Shown piece after piece: positions 28,851 to 37,309 of a stretch of DNA of 64,000 nucleotides. The DNA lies in the NCBI GenBank assembly GCA_023245145.1, contig JAHFKW010000002.1, positions 54,601 through 118,600 of the forward strand, written 5' to 3'. A program made the position numbers and the translations under genes. The notes under the pieces are model-generated. The model was given only the letters and a program-made list of their open reading frames with translations, was not told the DNA's origin and did not search any database. Positions within the stretch are counted from its first letter, which is position 1, and every line of letters begins with the position of its first letter. This DNA comes from Candidatus Staskawiczbacteria bacterium. Lineage in GTDB: Bacteria > Patescibacteriota > Minisyncoccia > Minisyncoccales > Staskawiczbacteraceae.

Positions 28851-28925
28851 GCTCCCATCGTCTATCGGCCAGGACACTTGGTTCTCATCCAAGAAAGCGG
28901 AGTTCAATTCTCCGTGGGAGCGCCA
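28851..28925 (+). tRNA. tRNA-Glu (anticodon CTC), CCA encoded
   Basis: Hand-drawn cloverleaf: acceptor GCTCCCA/TGGGAGC, D region TCGTCTATCGGCCAGGACA (classic Glu pattern), anticodon stem CTTGG/CCAAG with loop TTCTCAT, T arm CGGAG-TTCAATT-CTCCG, then G-CCA. Confidence 0.85.
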
Positions 28926-28967
28926 CGCGTGGTACATTCACAACTTAACTCCTCCAAGGGGATTCCC

Positions 28968-29243
28968 ATGGCAAAAAAGAACCCAGACAGAAGGAATGCT
29001 CCAATTGAACTTTTTGAGTTAGAGGAAATGATTAAGAAGCTACCCGCCGATCTTCGCAATAAAATGTTGCCCCTCGTGGAAAGGCTTAAACATTACTCAA
29101 GACTGCATGCGCGACTTCTAAATATATCCCAAGAAAAGGTGGATGAATTGGAATTGTATAATAAATATCTTCAATTCGATTTAGAGGCCACTAGCCGTGA
29201 GCTCGAGGAGAAAATCCGTAAACTGGAGGAGGATGGAGAATAG
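28968..29243 (+). CDS. small coiled-coil hypothetical protein (start trimmed off the tRNA)
   Basis: The track ORF 28830-29243 begins inside tRNA-Glu. The internal ATG at 28968 has aagggga 5 nt upstream (MAKKNPDRRNAPIELFELEE...). Terminator ccttcgg/ccgagg plus T-run at 29253-29282. Confidence 0.5.
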   Translation: MAKKNPDRRNAPIELFELEEMIKKLPADLRNKMLPLVERLKHYSRLHARLLNISQEKVDELELYNKYLQFDLEATSRELEEKIRKLEEDGE

Positions 29244-29281
29244 CCATAGCTCTAACCTTCGGCAATCAACCGAGGGTTTTT

Positions 29282-30991
29282 TTATTGAGTGCTTACCGGA
29301 TAATCCGGCGGAATTTGCCAATAATTAATAATATACTGCGCCATTTTTTTAAAAATTGGGGCGGCGGAAAGCGAAGATTTCGGAACTTTTGGATTGTCCA
29401 ATTTTACTAACACCAAAAATTCGGGTTTTAAAGCCGGCCCAAACCCGATAAAACTTTGAATGGTTCTGTCCGCATAATATCCTTTACCATTGGTAATGGG
29501 AACTTCGGCCGTTCCGGTTTTTCCTGCCAAATAATAACCCTTGATTTTAGCCGAACTGCCAAATCCCTTATCAACTACGTTCATTAACATTTTCGTAACT
29601 TCAAAGGCTGTTTTTTCCGAAATAATCTGTTCGGAAAGCTGGGGCTTAGTGATGTTTTGATTTTGATTATAGGTTATTTTTTGTGCCACATAAGGCTTAG
29701 GAATCCTTCCACCGTTAGCAAATATACAAAAAGCCTTAACTAACTGCAAGGGAGTCATTTCAATACCCTGACCGAAAGAACTTGTCGCATAATCAAATTC
29801 CGAACCGCTCTTCAAACGCGCGTTAGAAGAAGAAACCTCTCCCTGTAAATCTACCTCGGTTTTATCATTAAAACCCAACCTGTTTAAATAATCAAAAAAA
29901 GTAGTGTGAGGAATTTTCTGTTCCACATAGACCGCACCCGTATTAATCGATTTTTCCAAAATACCCGACATGGTTTGTAAACCATATTTTTCCCGATCAA
30001 AGTTATACAAAGTATCGGGTCCAATTTTAATAGAACCGGTATCAGTAAAGGTGGCATCGGGCGTAATCTTGCCTTCTTGTAATCCCATAGCCATGGTAAA
30101 GGGCTTAAAAACCGAACCCGGCTCAAATACTTTTTGCACGGCACTATTTTGAAAAATCCCAAAATCCCTTTCCTTTCCGTAAGTATTTGGGTCAAATTGC
30201 GGGAAATTAGCCATCGCCAGAATCCTTCCCGAATCCGGTTTTAAAACAATGATCTGACCGGAATCTATATCAATATTTTTTTTAGCTTCTTTAAGCAAAG
30301 CTTCGGCCTGAAATTGAATATTATAATCTATGGTTACATACACATCCGAGCCATTTAAACCCTCTTGTCCAACCGGAGAATATATTAAATCAAACCCCCG
30401 CTTTTCTTCCTTAATACCGGCCTTACCCTTTAAAATGTCGTTGTAGTGGCCTTCTAGACCATATTGACCTTCATTTTCTCCGCCCAAAAATCCTATCACT
30501 TGAGAGGCCAGTTTTTCTTGAGGATAGTATCGGTCCGTAGATTTTTCAAAAGACAACCCTTCTAACTTTAATTTCTTTAAAACTTCCACCACTTGAGTGG
30601 TGACACCTTTTTTTAAAACAACATATGAACTTGATGTAACCACCTTAGCCAATATGTCTTTTTTTGTCATGCTTAACGGTTCGCCCACTAATTGGGCAAA
30701 ATAATCCATATCCTTGATGTTTTTAGGAACGGCGGAGATAATCCATGACTCTTTATTAATAGCCAAACTCTTTGTATCACCCAAACCAATCGCTCCACGA
30801 CTATCTTTGCTACTTTCAAAAAAGACTTCTCCCCTCTCTCCGATAATTTCAGTAAAACCCATCTGTTGACCCAGAGCTTGAGACTGATAAAACTTACCAT
30901 TGATGACTTGTACATAAAATAAGCGGCCAATGATAATTGCCGCCACCAAAAAAGTAAAAAATAATAATGGCAAAAGTCTCCAATGTTTCAT
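29282..30991 (-). CDS. class B penicillin-binding protein / peptidoglycan transpeptidase (FtsI/PBP2-like)
   Basis: N-terminal TM helix, SVFKP (SxxK), SIN (SxN), KTGTA; sits in the dcw cluster. Confidence 0.85.
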   Translation of the reverse strand: MKHWRLLPLLFFTFLVAAIIIGRLFYVQVINGKFYQSQALGQQMGFTEIIGERGEVFFESSKDSRGAIGLGDTKSLAINKESWIISAVPKNIKDMDYFAQLVGEPLSMTKKDILAKVVTSSSYVVLKKGVTTQVVEVLKKLKLEGLSFEKSTDRYYPQEKLASQVIGFLGGENEGQYGLEGHYNDILKGKAGIKEEKRGFDLIYSPVGQEGLNGSDVYVTIDYNIQFQAEALLKEAKKNIDIDSGQIIVLKPDSGRILAMANFPQFDPNTYGKERDFGIFQNSAVQKVFEPGSVFKPFTMAMGLQEGKITPDATFTDTGSIKIGPDTLYNFDREKYGLQTMSGILEKSINTGAVYVEQKIPHTTFFDYLNRLGFNDKTEVDLQGEVSSSNARLKSGSEFDYATSSFGQGIEMTPLQLVKAFCIFANGGRIPKPYVAQKITYNQNQNITKPQLSEQIISEKTAFEVTKMLMNVVDKGFGSSAKIKGYYLAGKTGTAEVPITNGKGYYADRTIQSFIGFGPALKPEFLVLVKLDNPKVPKSSLSAAPIFKKMAQYIINYWQIPPDYPVSTQ

Positions 30992-30995
30992 AGTA

Positions 30996-31352
30996 TCATT
31001 TTACCATACCCAAAGCCGGACTCCATGGCGTTATCTGAACATATTTTATTTGGGTTGTTTTTTCAAAATTCATGGCACCAGCTTTTTCTTGAACGTTACC
31101 CAAAAAGTCACTCTTAGCAAAATGTGTTTCCAGTGTCTTATTTTCAACCAGCAAGACATTCATCTCTTGATTGTAACTTTTAATCAAATACGAACCGCCG
31201 GTTAACTGGTTGATCAGATAGATGTAAGAAACCAACATTAATCCCAAACACACCACACCTAAAATATACCAAGTTTTCCAAGGAATACTGGGCAAAGTGA
31301 GTAATCTTATTTTTTGATGGACGGCACGATAGCCTAATGTGAGAGTCGTCAT
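30996..31352 (-). CDS. FtsL-like cell-division protein (tentative)
   Basis: 118-aa bitopic protein between rsmH and the PBP gene, which is the canonical ftsL position. Confidence 0.45.
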   Translation of the reverse strand: MTTLTLGYRAVHQKIRLLTLPSIPWKTWYILGVVCLGLMLVSYIYLINQLTGGSYLIKSYNQEMNVLLVENKTLETHFAKSDFLGNVQEKAGAMNFEKTTQIKYVQITPWSPALGMVK

Positions 31353-32230
31353 AGTTTTATTATGGCCCTTAGTTTGGCCGAACGTGAACGTGGATTTATT
31401 AAAACCTCGTTTTGCGTCGCAATTATCGGTTTTTTAGTTAATATGCGTACCATTGCCAATTTTTCCTGTTCTTGAAAAAAGAGCTTGACTATCCTATCCT
31501 CCAGTGAATGAAAAGAGATAACCACCAACCTGCCTCCCGGCACCAACACCTGCAAAGCACCTTCCAGACCCTTTTGTAAATTTTGTAATTCATCATTGAC
31601 CGCGATACGTAAGGCTTGAAACGTTCTTGTCGCATAATGAATTCCACCGCGTTGAAATTTTGATGGAATTGCTTCTTCTATTACTTTCACTAATTCAAAT
31701 GTACTTTGGATCGGCCTGATTTTTCTTTGCTTTAAGATGCCACGCGCAATTTGACGTGCAAACTTTTCTTCTCCATATTCTTCAATAATTTTTTGCAACT
31801 CTTTTTCCGGCCAAGTATTAACAATGATTCCTGCTGTCAATTCTCCGTTGGCAAAACGCATATCTAATGCCTCATCTTTTTGAAAAGAAAACCCCTTGCC
31901 TGATTCATCCACATGGTAAGAAGAATAACCCAAGTCAAGCAACAACCCATCCACCGGATTAAATCTGGCTTCTTTGACAATCTCCGCCACATTGGCATAC
32001 GAATCATTCACCAACACCACTCTTTCTTGATAATGCCTCACCATTTCCCGCGCGCGCTTCACTTGCTCTTTATCCGCATCAAGACCCAGTAATCTCCCCA
32101 GTAAACCCGTTTTCTCCAGAATCAACACCGCGTGTCCGGCGCCACCAATCGTGCCATCAATAAAATTCTCATTTGGCTTAGGATTAAGATTTTCTAAGAC
32201 TTCTTTAGTAAGTACTGGTATGTGTGGCAT
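31349..32230 (-). CDS. rsmH: 16S rRNA (cytosine1402-N4)-methyltransferase
   Basis: HIPVL, DGT.GGAGH, DLGYSS and FHSLEDR motifs. Confidence 0.9.
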   Translation of the reverse strand: MPHIPVLTKEVLENLNPKPNENFIDGTIGGAGHAVLILEKTGLLGRLLGLDADKEQVKRAREMVRHYQERVVLVNDSYANVAEIVKEARFNPVDGLLLDLGYSSYHVDESGKGFSFQKDEALDMRFANGELTAGIIVNTWPEKELQKIIEEYGEEKFARQIARGILKQRKIRPIQSTFELVKVIEEAIPSKFQRGGIHYATRTFQALRIAVNDELQNLQKGLEGALQVLVPGGRLVVISFHSLEDRIVKLFFQEQEKLAMVRILTKKPIIATQNEVLINPRSRSAKLRAIIKL

Positions 32231-32232
32231 GA

Positions 32233-32664
32233 TTATATTCCCAATGGTCCTAATTTTGATACTATTTCCTCCACTCCCTTTTCCGCACTTTCACTATACT
32301 TTTTCCAAGCCGCCTCATCCCAAATTTCCAGTCGGGTAGATAGTCCTGCAATTACCACATTCTTGGTAAATCCTGCATATTCTTTTAAATAGTCCGGTAC
32401 TAAAATTCTTCCCAGTTTATCTAGCTCAACCTCCATAGCACTGGATAAAATATGTCTGGTAAAATTTCTGGCTTCGCCCTGCGACACCGGCAGATTAGCT
32501 AATTTGGCGGACATTACTTCCCATTCTTTTTGAGTGTAAAGCACCAGACAATTTTCCACCCCCTTGGTGATAATAACTGTGGTTCCCAATTCAGCACGGA
32601 ATTTAACCGGCAGAGCCAGACGCTTTTTAGCATCAATAGTATGTTGGTACTGCCCAATTAACAT
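32233..32664 (-). CDS. mraZ: transcriptional regulator MraZ
   Basis: MLIGQYQHTIDAKKRLALP and a second DKLGRILVP SpoVT/AbrB-like repeat; 143 aa. Confidence 0.9.
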   Translation of the reverse strand: MLIGQYQHTIDAKKRLALPVKFRAELGTTVIITKGVENCLVLYTQKEWEVMSAKLANLPVSQGEARNFTRHILSSAMEVELDKLGRILVPDYLKEYAGFTKNVVIAGLSTRLEIWDEAAWKKYSESAEKGVEEIVSKLGPLGI

Positions 32665-32755
32665 CGTAGTTTATCAGGTTATAAAGTTGAAAGTTATAAA
32701 GTTATTTGACTTGATAACTTTATGAACTGATAACCTTTAACTTCAAGTTATGCAC
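32665..32755 (-). repeat. ~80-bp quasi-palindromic repeat element, copy 2 (abuts mraZ start codon)
   Basis: The reverse complement reads gaagttaaaggttatcagttcataaagttatcaagtcaaataactttataactttcaactttataacctgataaactacg-ATG. It is near-collinear with copies 1 and 3. Confidence 0.8.
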
Positions 32756-32771
32756 ACATAACTGTAGTTTT

Positions 32772-32796
32772 CCCACTTTTATCCACTTTTATCCAC
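32772..32796 (-). promoter_or_regulatory. MraZ-type operator: three GTGG boxes at exact 10-bp spacing
   Basis: The minus strand reads GTGGataaaaGTGGataaaaGTGGg (CCAC at 32773-76, 32783-86, 32793-96 on +). It lies just downstream of the putative -10. Confidence 0.65.
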
Positions 32797-32805
32797 TACA
32801 CAGTA

Positions 32806-32835
32806 TTTATAGCCTACTTTAAGCACTTCGGTCAA
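32806..32835 (-). promoter_or_regulatory. putative dcw-operon promoter
   Basis: Minus strand: TTGACC (32830-35), 18-nt spacer, TATAAA (32806-11). Confidence 0.5.
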
Positions 32836-32840
32836 CACCT

Positions 32841-32874
32841 AAAACCAAAAAGCCATTTTGTTCGTAAAATGGCT
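32841..32874 (-). terminator. intrinsic terminator after the Clp-like gene
   Basis: agccatttt / aaaatggct stem with a T-run on the minus strand. Confidence 0.7.
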
Positions 32875-32904
32875 TATTTATCCACACTTTATTCACATTT
32901 AGCC

Positions 32905-35610
32905 CTACCCAAACTTCACCACTTCAAACGTTTCTGGATGTATTTCAAATTTTTCACCCTTCACTAATTTGTCGGACAATAAAGCTTCTGCAATACTATT
33001 TTCCACTTTATCCTGCACGACTCTTCTCATTTCGCGCGCGCCAAATTCCGGTTTATACGAAAGCTCCACTATTTTAACTTTTAAAGCTTCACTAATCACG
33101 AATTCAATATCTTTTTCTTTCAGGTTTTTTTGGAGCGAAGCTAAAGTTAGCTGTGCGATGGCCATTAAATTTTCGCGGGTTAAGGGATGAAAAATAACTG
33201 TCGCATCAAATCGATTGATAAATTCGGGTCGAAACATTCCCTTGTCAAATAAGAAACTCAAAAACTTATCCTTGTCCACCGTATTAGCCAATTCCACGGC
33301 TTTAAAAATTTCGACCGCCCCCGCGTTAGAAGTGCAAATAATAATCGTGTTGGTAAACATCACACGTCGCCCTTGACCATCGGTAATATGGCCTTCATCA
33401 AATACCTGCAAAAATAAATTTAAAATGTTAGGATGAGCTTTTTCAATTTCATCCAGCAACACCAATGAAAAAGGATTTTCGCGCACGGGGGTAGTCAAAA
33501 GACCCTGCTCTTCTACCGGTGAAACTGCTCCCAATAATCTTGGAATATCGGCTATGGCCTGAAATTCAGACATATCTAGCCTGATCATTTTTTCTTGACC
33601 ACCAAAATAAATTTCGGCTAAGGCCTTAGCGGTTTCCGTTTTACCTACGCCCGTTGGTCCCAAAAATAAAAATGTTCCCATGGGTCGTTTTTTTGATTCA
33701 ATGCCACTGCGAGCCCGACGCATAGCCACCGAAATATCCGTGACCGCTTCGGCCTGATTGACGATTCTTTCATGGATTAACTTTTCCAAATTGAGCAGTA
33801 CAGATTTTTCTTTAAATTCCATTTTACCCACCGGAATCTGCGTTTTATCGGAAATAACTTTGGCAATATGATGAGGCAAAATAACTTTTTCTTTTAAAGT
33901 TTTTACGTATACGGCAGTTTCTTGCAGAATATCAATCGCTTTTTTAGGAAACGGCATGGATGAAAAATATCGGCCCGACAAATTAACAATCTCTCGGATA
34001 GATGGATACAACACTAGTATTTTTTCCCGATGCTCAATTTCCAACGCCAAATTTTGTAATATGCGGATAGTCTCTATTTCTGAAACTTCTTGCACCTCAA
34101 TTTTTCTAAAGTATTCCAAAAAAGATGAATTTTGTTCCAGTTTTCTGTGCAAACCATCAAACGAGGTAATACCCACAAATTGAAAATTAGGTAGTTTTAA
34201 ATACTTGGACAAAATCGTGGAAATATCAATTTCTCCCGGCATAGCTATGGTGTGGGCCATAAAGTGGTCTAATTCATCAATCACCAAAATCACGTTACCA
34301 GCTGATTGTACCTCTTGAAAAATTTCATCCAAAATACTTTCCACTTTTTCTTGACTTTGAATTTGACTTAAAAGTGCTACCATATCCAATTCCACCACCC
34401 TTTTACCCGCCAAATTTGGTGAACCGGTGCCCAAATAACAGCGCGAAGACAAAGCCTCCACTACGCTTTTTCGGCCCACACCCACGTCACCAACAATCAA
34501 AGCATTATGTAAACTAGACGTATCCAAAGCTACTTCCAACTCTTCAATTTCTTTTTGGTGTCCAATAATTTGATTAAAACCGGAGCGCAAAGCCACCTTT
34601 TCCCAATCAATGGAATACTCATCTAATCTGATGGTATACCCCGATGCAAAATCTCTACCCAACGATCCCGCCCGTGCCAAATTTTCGCGAGTCCAAAACC
34701 TTTTACTTTGGCTAATTTGATTTTCCAAGGCGTCCAGCCACAAAGTAATATTTTGAACATCTTGCTCTTTTACATCGTAAGCCACCAATACCTTTTGAAA
34801 AAAATCATCGTGCATGGCCAGCGCCACGAACAATTCTTTGACACCCATTTCTTTCTTATTTCTTGCCACAAAAACACGCTCGGCCTCTGCTAACACTTTT
34901 TTAAAAGATTCCGAAAACCCAATACTGGATTTTTTAGTTTTAGGTAACTTTTCCAAGTAATTTTTTACGTCCATATGCAATTTTTTGTAATCTATCCCAA
35001 GACGAAACAACAAGCTTCTGATTTCCTTGCTTTCTTCAATGGCCGCCAAAAAAAGAGCTTCTGAAATCACTTCCGGCAATCGCCCTTTTTTACAAATGTT
35101 TTTAGCTCGCTGTACGATGTGCCCACACTCGTCTCTTACAACCGTTAAGGAAAAAAATAAATATAGCTCCCAAACAAAAATTACCAAAAAAGTTCCCAGT
35201 AAAAAAAGTCTTATATAAGTAAAAAAGTACACTGCCCAAAATAATCCGATGAGTAACAGTGGTATAGCCAACCAAAAGAGTATTCCGACTATTCCAATAA
35301 TTAAAATGAACGCCAACACCAAAAGACCAAACATAATCAACACCAACCGACACCACATTCCCACCACACGTGAAAACAGATTGGAAATAAATATATTGGC
35401 ATATTGGCCCACGTCAAAGCCCCGTGGATACCGCCACTTAAACTTTCTCCACGGAGAAATCAGGGTCGCCAAAAGTAAGGGGATAGAAAAATAATCTAAA
35501 CCAAACGAAATATAATTTCCCCACACGCCGACTAAAAATTTGGGTGTTAACCAAAAGCGCCAAACCACCCAAGTAATAATGATATTTTCTTTTTTAACGA
35601 CCTGATTCAT
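32905..35610 (-). CDS. membrane-anchored ClpA/B/C-type double-AAA+ ATPase
   Basis: About 170 aa of N-terminal TM helices, then Clp_N-like repeats. NBD1 has the atypical Walker A GDVGVGRKS with Walker B VIDELD. NBD2 is canonical (GPTGVGKTETAKALA, LLDEIEKAHP); 901 aa. Confidence 0.8.
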   Translation of the reverse strand: MNQVVKKENIIITWVVWRFWLTPKFLVGVWGNYISFGLDYFSIPLLLATLISPWRKFKWRYPRGFDVGQYANIFISNLFSRVVGMWCRLVLIMFGLLVLAFILIIGIVGILFWLAIPLLLIGLFWAVYFFTYIRLFLLGTFLVIFVWELYLFFSLTVVRDECGHIVQRAKNICKKGRLPEVISEALFLAAIEESKEIRSLLFRLGIDYKKLHMDVKNYLEKLPKTKKSSIGFSESFKKVLAEAERVFVARNKKEMGVKELFVALAMHDDFFQKVLVAYDVKEQDVQNITLWLDALENQISQSKRFWTRENLARAGSLGRDFASGYTIRLDEYSIDWEKVALRSGFNQIIGHQKEIEELEVALDTSSLHNALIVGDVGVGRKSVVEALSSRCYLGTGSPNLAGKRVVELDMVALLSQIQSQEKVESILDEIFQEVQSAGNVILVIDELDHFMAHTIAMPGEIDISTILSKYLKLPNFQFVGITSFDGLHRKLEQNSSFLEYFRKIEVQEVSEIETIRILQNLALEIEHREKILVLYPSIREIVNLSGRYFSSMPFPKKAIDILQETAVYVKTLKEKVILPHHIAKVISDKTQIPVGKMEFKEKSVLLNLEKLIHERIVNQAEAVTDISVAMRRARSGIESKKRPMGTFLFLGPTGVGKTETAKALAEIYFGGQEKMIRLDMSEFQAIADIPRLLGAVSPVEEQGLLTTPVRENPFSLVLLDEIEKAHPNILNLFLQVFDEGHITDGQGRRVMFTNTIIICTSNAGAVEIFKAVELANTVDKDKFLSFLFDKGMFRPEFINRFDATVIFHPLTRENLMAIAQLTLASLQKNLKEKDIEFVISEALKVKIVELSYKPEFGAREMRRVVQDKVENSIAEALLSDKLVKGEKFEIHPETFEVVKFG

Positions 35611-35941
35611 ATTGTTTTTCTAATTCTTCTCTTATTTCTTTTGGAATAGGAATACTTTCTCCCGGCTTAGAAATACCCGGGTATCTCCATGCACTAATAA
35701 TTTTTCTGAAATATTGATTGTCTTGGTACATTAACCAAATTTCACCCTTCGCCCGACCGTAGCCTTTGGCGGAGGCGGGGTTAGCCGTCTTCATGACTGC
35801 AGTTGTATCGACCGCAATCCCCTCTTCTTTTCTATCCGGCTTACGTAATACATTCATTAGCTTCATTTTTGAAAGCCCGTACTGGCGCATTTTTAGTTTC
35901 ACATGTTCCGTCCAATGGATTTTACGGTATTTTTCCAGCAT
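35594..35941 (-). CDS. hypothetical protein
   Basis: 115-aa ORF overlapping the Clp-like start by 17 nt; no motif recognised. Confidence 0.45.
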   Translation of the reverse strand: MLEKYRKIHWTEHVKLKMRQYGLSKMKLMNVLRKPDRKEEGIAVDTTAVMKTANPASAKGYGRAKGEIWLMYQDNQYFRKIISAWRYPGISKPGESIPIPKEIREELEKQYESGR

Positions 35942-35997
35942 TCCATATATTCTACCACATTAAAAAAGGAGTTGCCATCAAGGGCAACCCCACGTTA

Positions 35998-36090
35998 CTA
36001 ATGTGCCATTATGGCCACTAACACTATTATAAGCGCCAAGCCGAATATTCTCGCTAAATGAAACAGGTGATCTACAAACTCGGGAGTCAT
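35998..36090 (-). CDS. 30-aa hydrophobic peptide with SD and own terminator
   Basis: GGAGG lies 5 nt before the ATG. Product MTPEFVDHLFHLARIFGLALIIVLVAIMAH. Terminator gttgcc/ggcaac plus T-run at about 35965-35990. Below the ORF-track cutoff. Confidence 0.45.
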   Translation of the reverse strand: MTPEFVDHLFHLARIFGLALIIVLVAIMAH

Positions 36091-36191
36091 ATGAACCTCC
36101 GAAAAAAAATTAAATCCAACCCACTATCCATTATACAACTAAAAACAGCCCCGTCAAGGGCTGTTTTCTTTTCCTGAGCCACGTCGAAGGA

Positions 36192-36593
36192 CTATTTAAT
36201 TTCCACTTTGGCGCCCGCGGTGGCAAACTTCTTGGCAATTTCGTCAGCTTCTTCTTTCTTCACATTTTCTTTAATCATTTGGGGAGCGGTGGCAGCGGCA
36301 TCTACCAAATCTTTGGATTCTTTTAATCCCTTGGCGGTTACGTCGCGCACAGCTTTGATAACTTCAATTTTTTGGGCTCCCACTTCTTTTAATTCCACAT
36401 TAAAAGAAGTTTTTTCCTCCTTGGGCTCGCCGGAGCTAACAGCGGAGGCGGCAACTGGCGCCGCAGCCGAAACACCAAATTTAGCTTCCAAAACTTTGAC
36501 TAATTCGGCTAATTCCACTACTGGCATTTTCTCAATTTCCGCTACGATTTTTTCGAACTTAGCAGGTACATCCACTTTTACTTCATCTGACAT
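36192..36593 (-). CDS. rplL: 50S ribosomal protein L7/L12
   Basis: Ala-rich hinge and a C-terminal domain KIEVIKAVRDVT..GLKE.KDLV...P..IKE.V.KEEA.EIKKK..A.GA.VE.K. Confidence 0.95.
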   Translation of the reverse strand: MSDEVKVDVPAKFEKIVAEIEKMPVVELAELVKVLEAKFGVSAAAPVAASAVSSGEPKEEKTSFNVELKEVGAQKIEVIKAVRDVTAKGLKESKDLVDAAATAPQMIKENVKKEEADEIAKKFATAGAKVEIK

Positions 36594-36597
36594 AGTT

Positions 36598-37092
36598 TTA
36601 TTGTTTATTACTAATTTTATCTAATACTCTTGCAAGACTCGACATAGGGCTTGCGAGTGATCCAACCAATCTACCCAACAATTCATTTCGCGTCGGCAGA
36701 TTAGCTAAGACTAATACTTTTTCTCGGTCAATAAACCGTTTTTCAAAAATTCCACCTAAAATTTTGAAGTTTTCGTGGGTTTTGGCAAATTGGTTGGAAA
36801 TTCTGGCCGGAGCGATTTCATCCTCCATGCCAAACACCAAGGCCAATTGTCCGGGAATTACGCTTTTAATTTTATTCCAGTACGTAATACCTGATTGACC
36901 AAAGGCAATTCTAATCAGTGTTTTTTTGCCGACTTGCAAAGCACAACCCGCTTCTTTTAACGTTTTTCGCAACGTAAATAAATTAGCGGAATCCACTTTG
37001 GAAAAGTCCACAAAAATAACTGACTTTTGCTTGGCGATTTTTTCCTTAATCGCCGCTAATGATTTCTGTTTTTTTTCTTTGGTTAATGCCAT
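36598..37092 (-). CDS. rplJ: 50S ribosomal protein L10
   Basis: 164 aa, directly upstream of rplL; VIFVDFSKVDSANLFTLRKTLKEAG pattern. Confidence 0.9.
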   Translation of the reverse strand: MALTKEKKQKSLAAIKEKIAKQKSVIFVDFSKVDSANLFTLRKTLKEAGCALQVGKKTLIRIAFGQSGITYWNKIKSVIPGQLALVFGMEDEIAPARISNQFAKTHENFKILGGIFEKRFIDREKVLVLANLPTRNELLGRLVGSLASPMSSLARVLDKISNKQ

Positions 37093-37300
37093 ATCTCATG
37101 GAACATGGAGCATGGAACATGAAACAAAAACCTTTTCGTTTGCTTCATGCCTTATGCTTCATGCTTTATGATTTTTAACTAAAAAGCCTGCGACCAGCAG
37201 ACATACAACAAAAATATACGTTGTACCTCGGCGGGATTTTTACTGACCTTTCGGCCTCCCCGCTATCTACGGCTTTATATTGCTATACTAGTCTAATTCT
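37093..37300 (-). promoter_or_regulatory. structured rplJ 5' leader with attenuator-like terminator and tandem-repeat hairpin
   Basis: On the minus strand: hairpin gtctgc-tggtc-gcaggc plus ttttt (37181-37202). Then a long imperfect hairpin of catgNNNN units (37097-37170) ends 4 nt before the ATG. No SD. Confidence 0.4.
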
Positions 37301-37309
37301 AAAAATATG

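Noticed and set aside
28830-28967. N-terminal 46 codons of track ORF 28830-29243.
   Set aside because: This part overlaps tRNA-Glu (28851-28925). An internal ATG at 28968 with an SD explains the coding signal.
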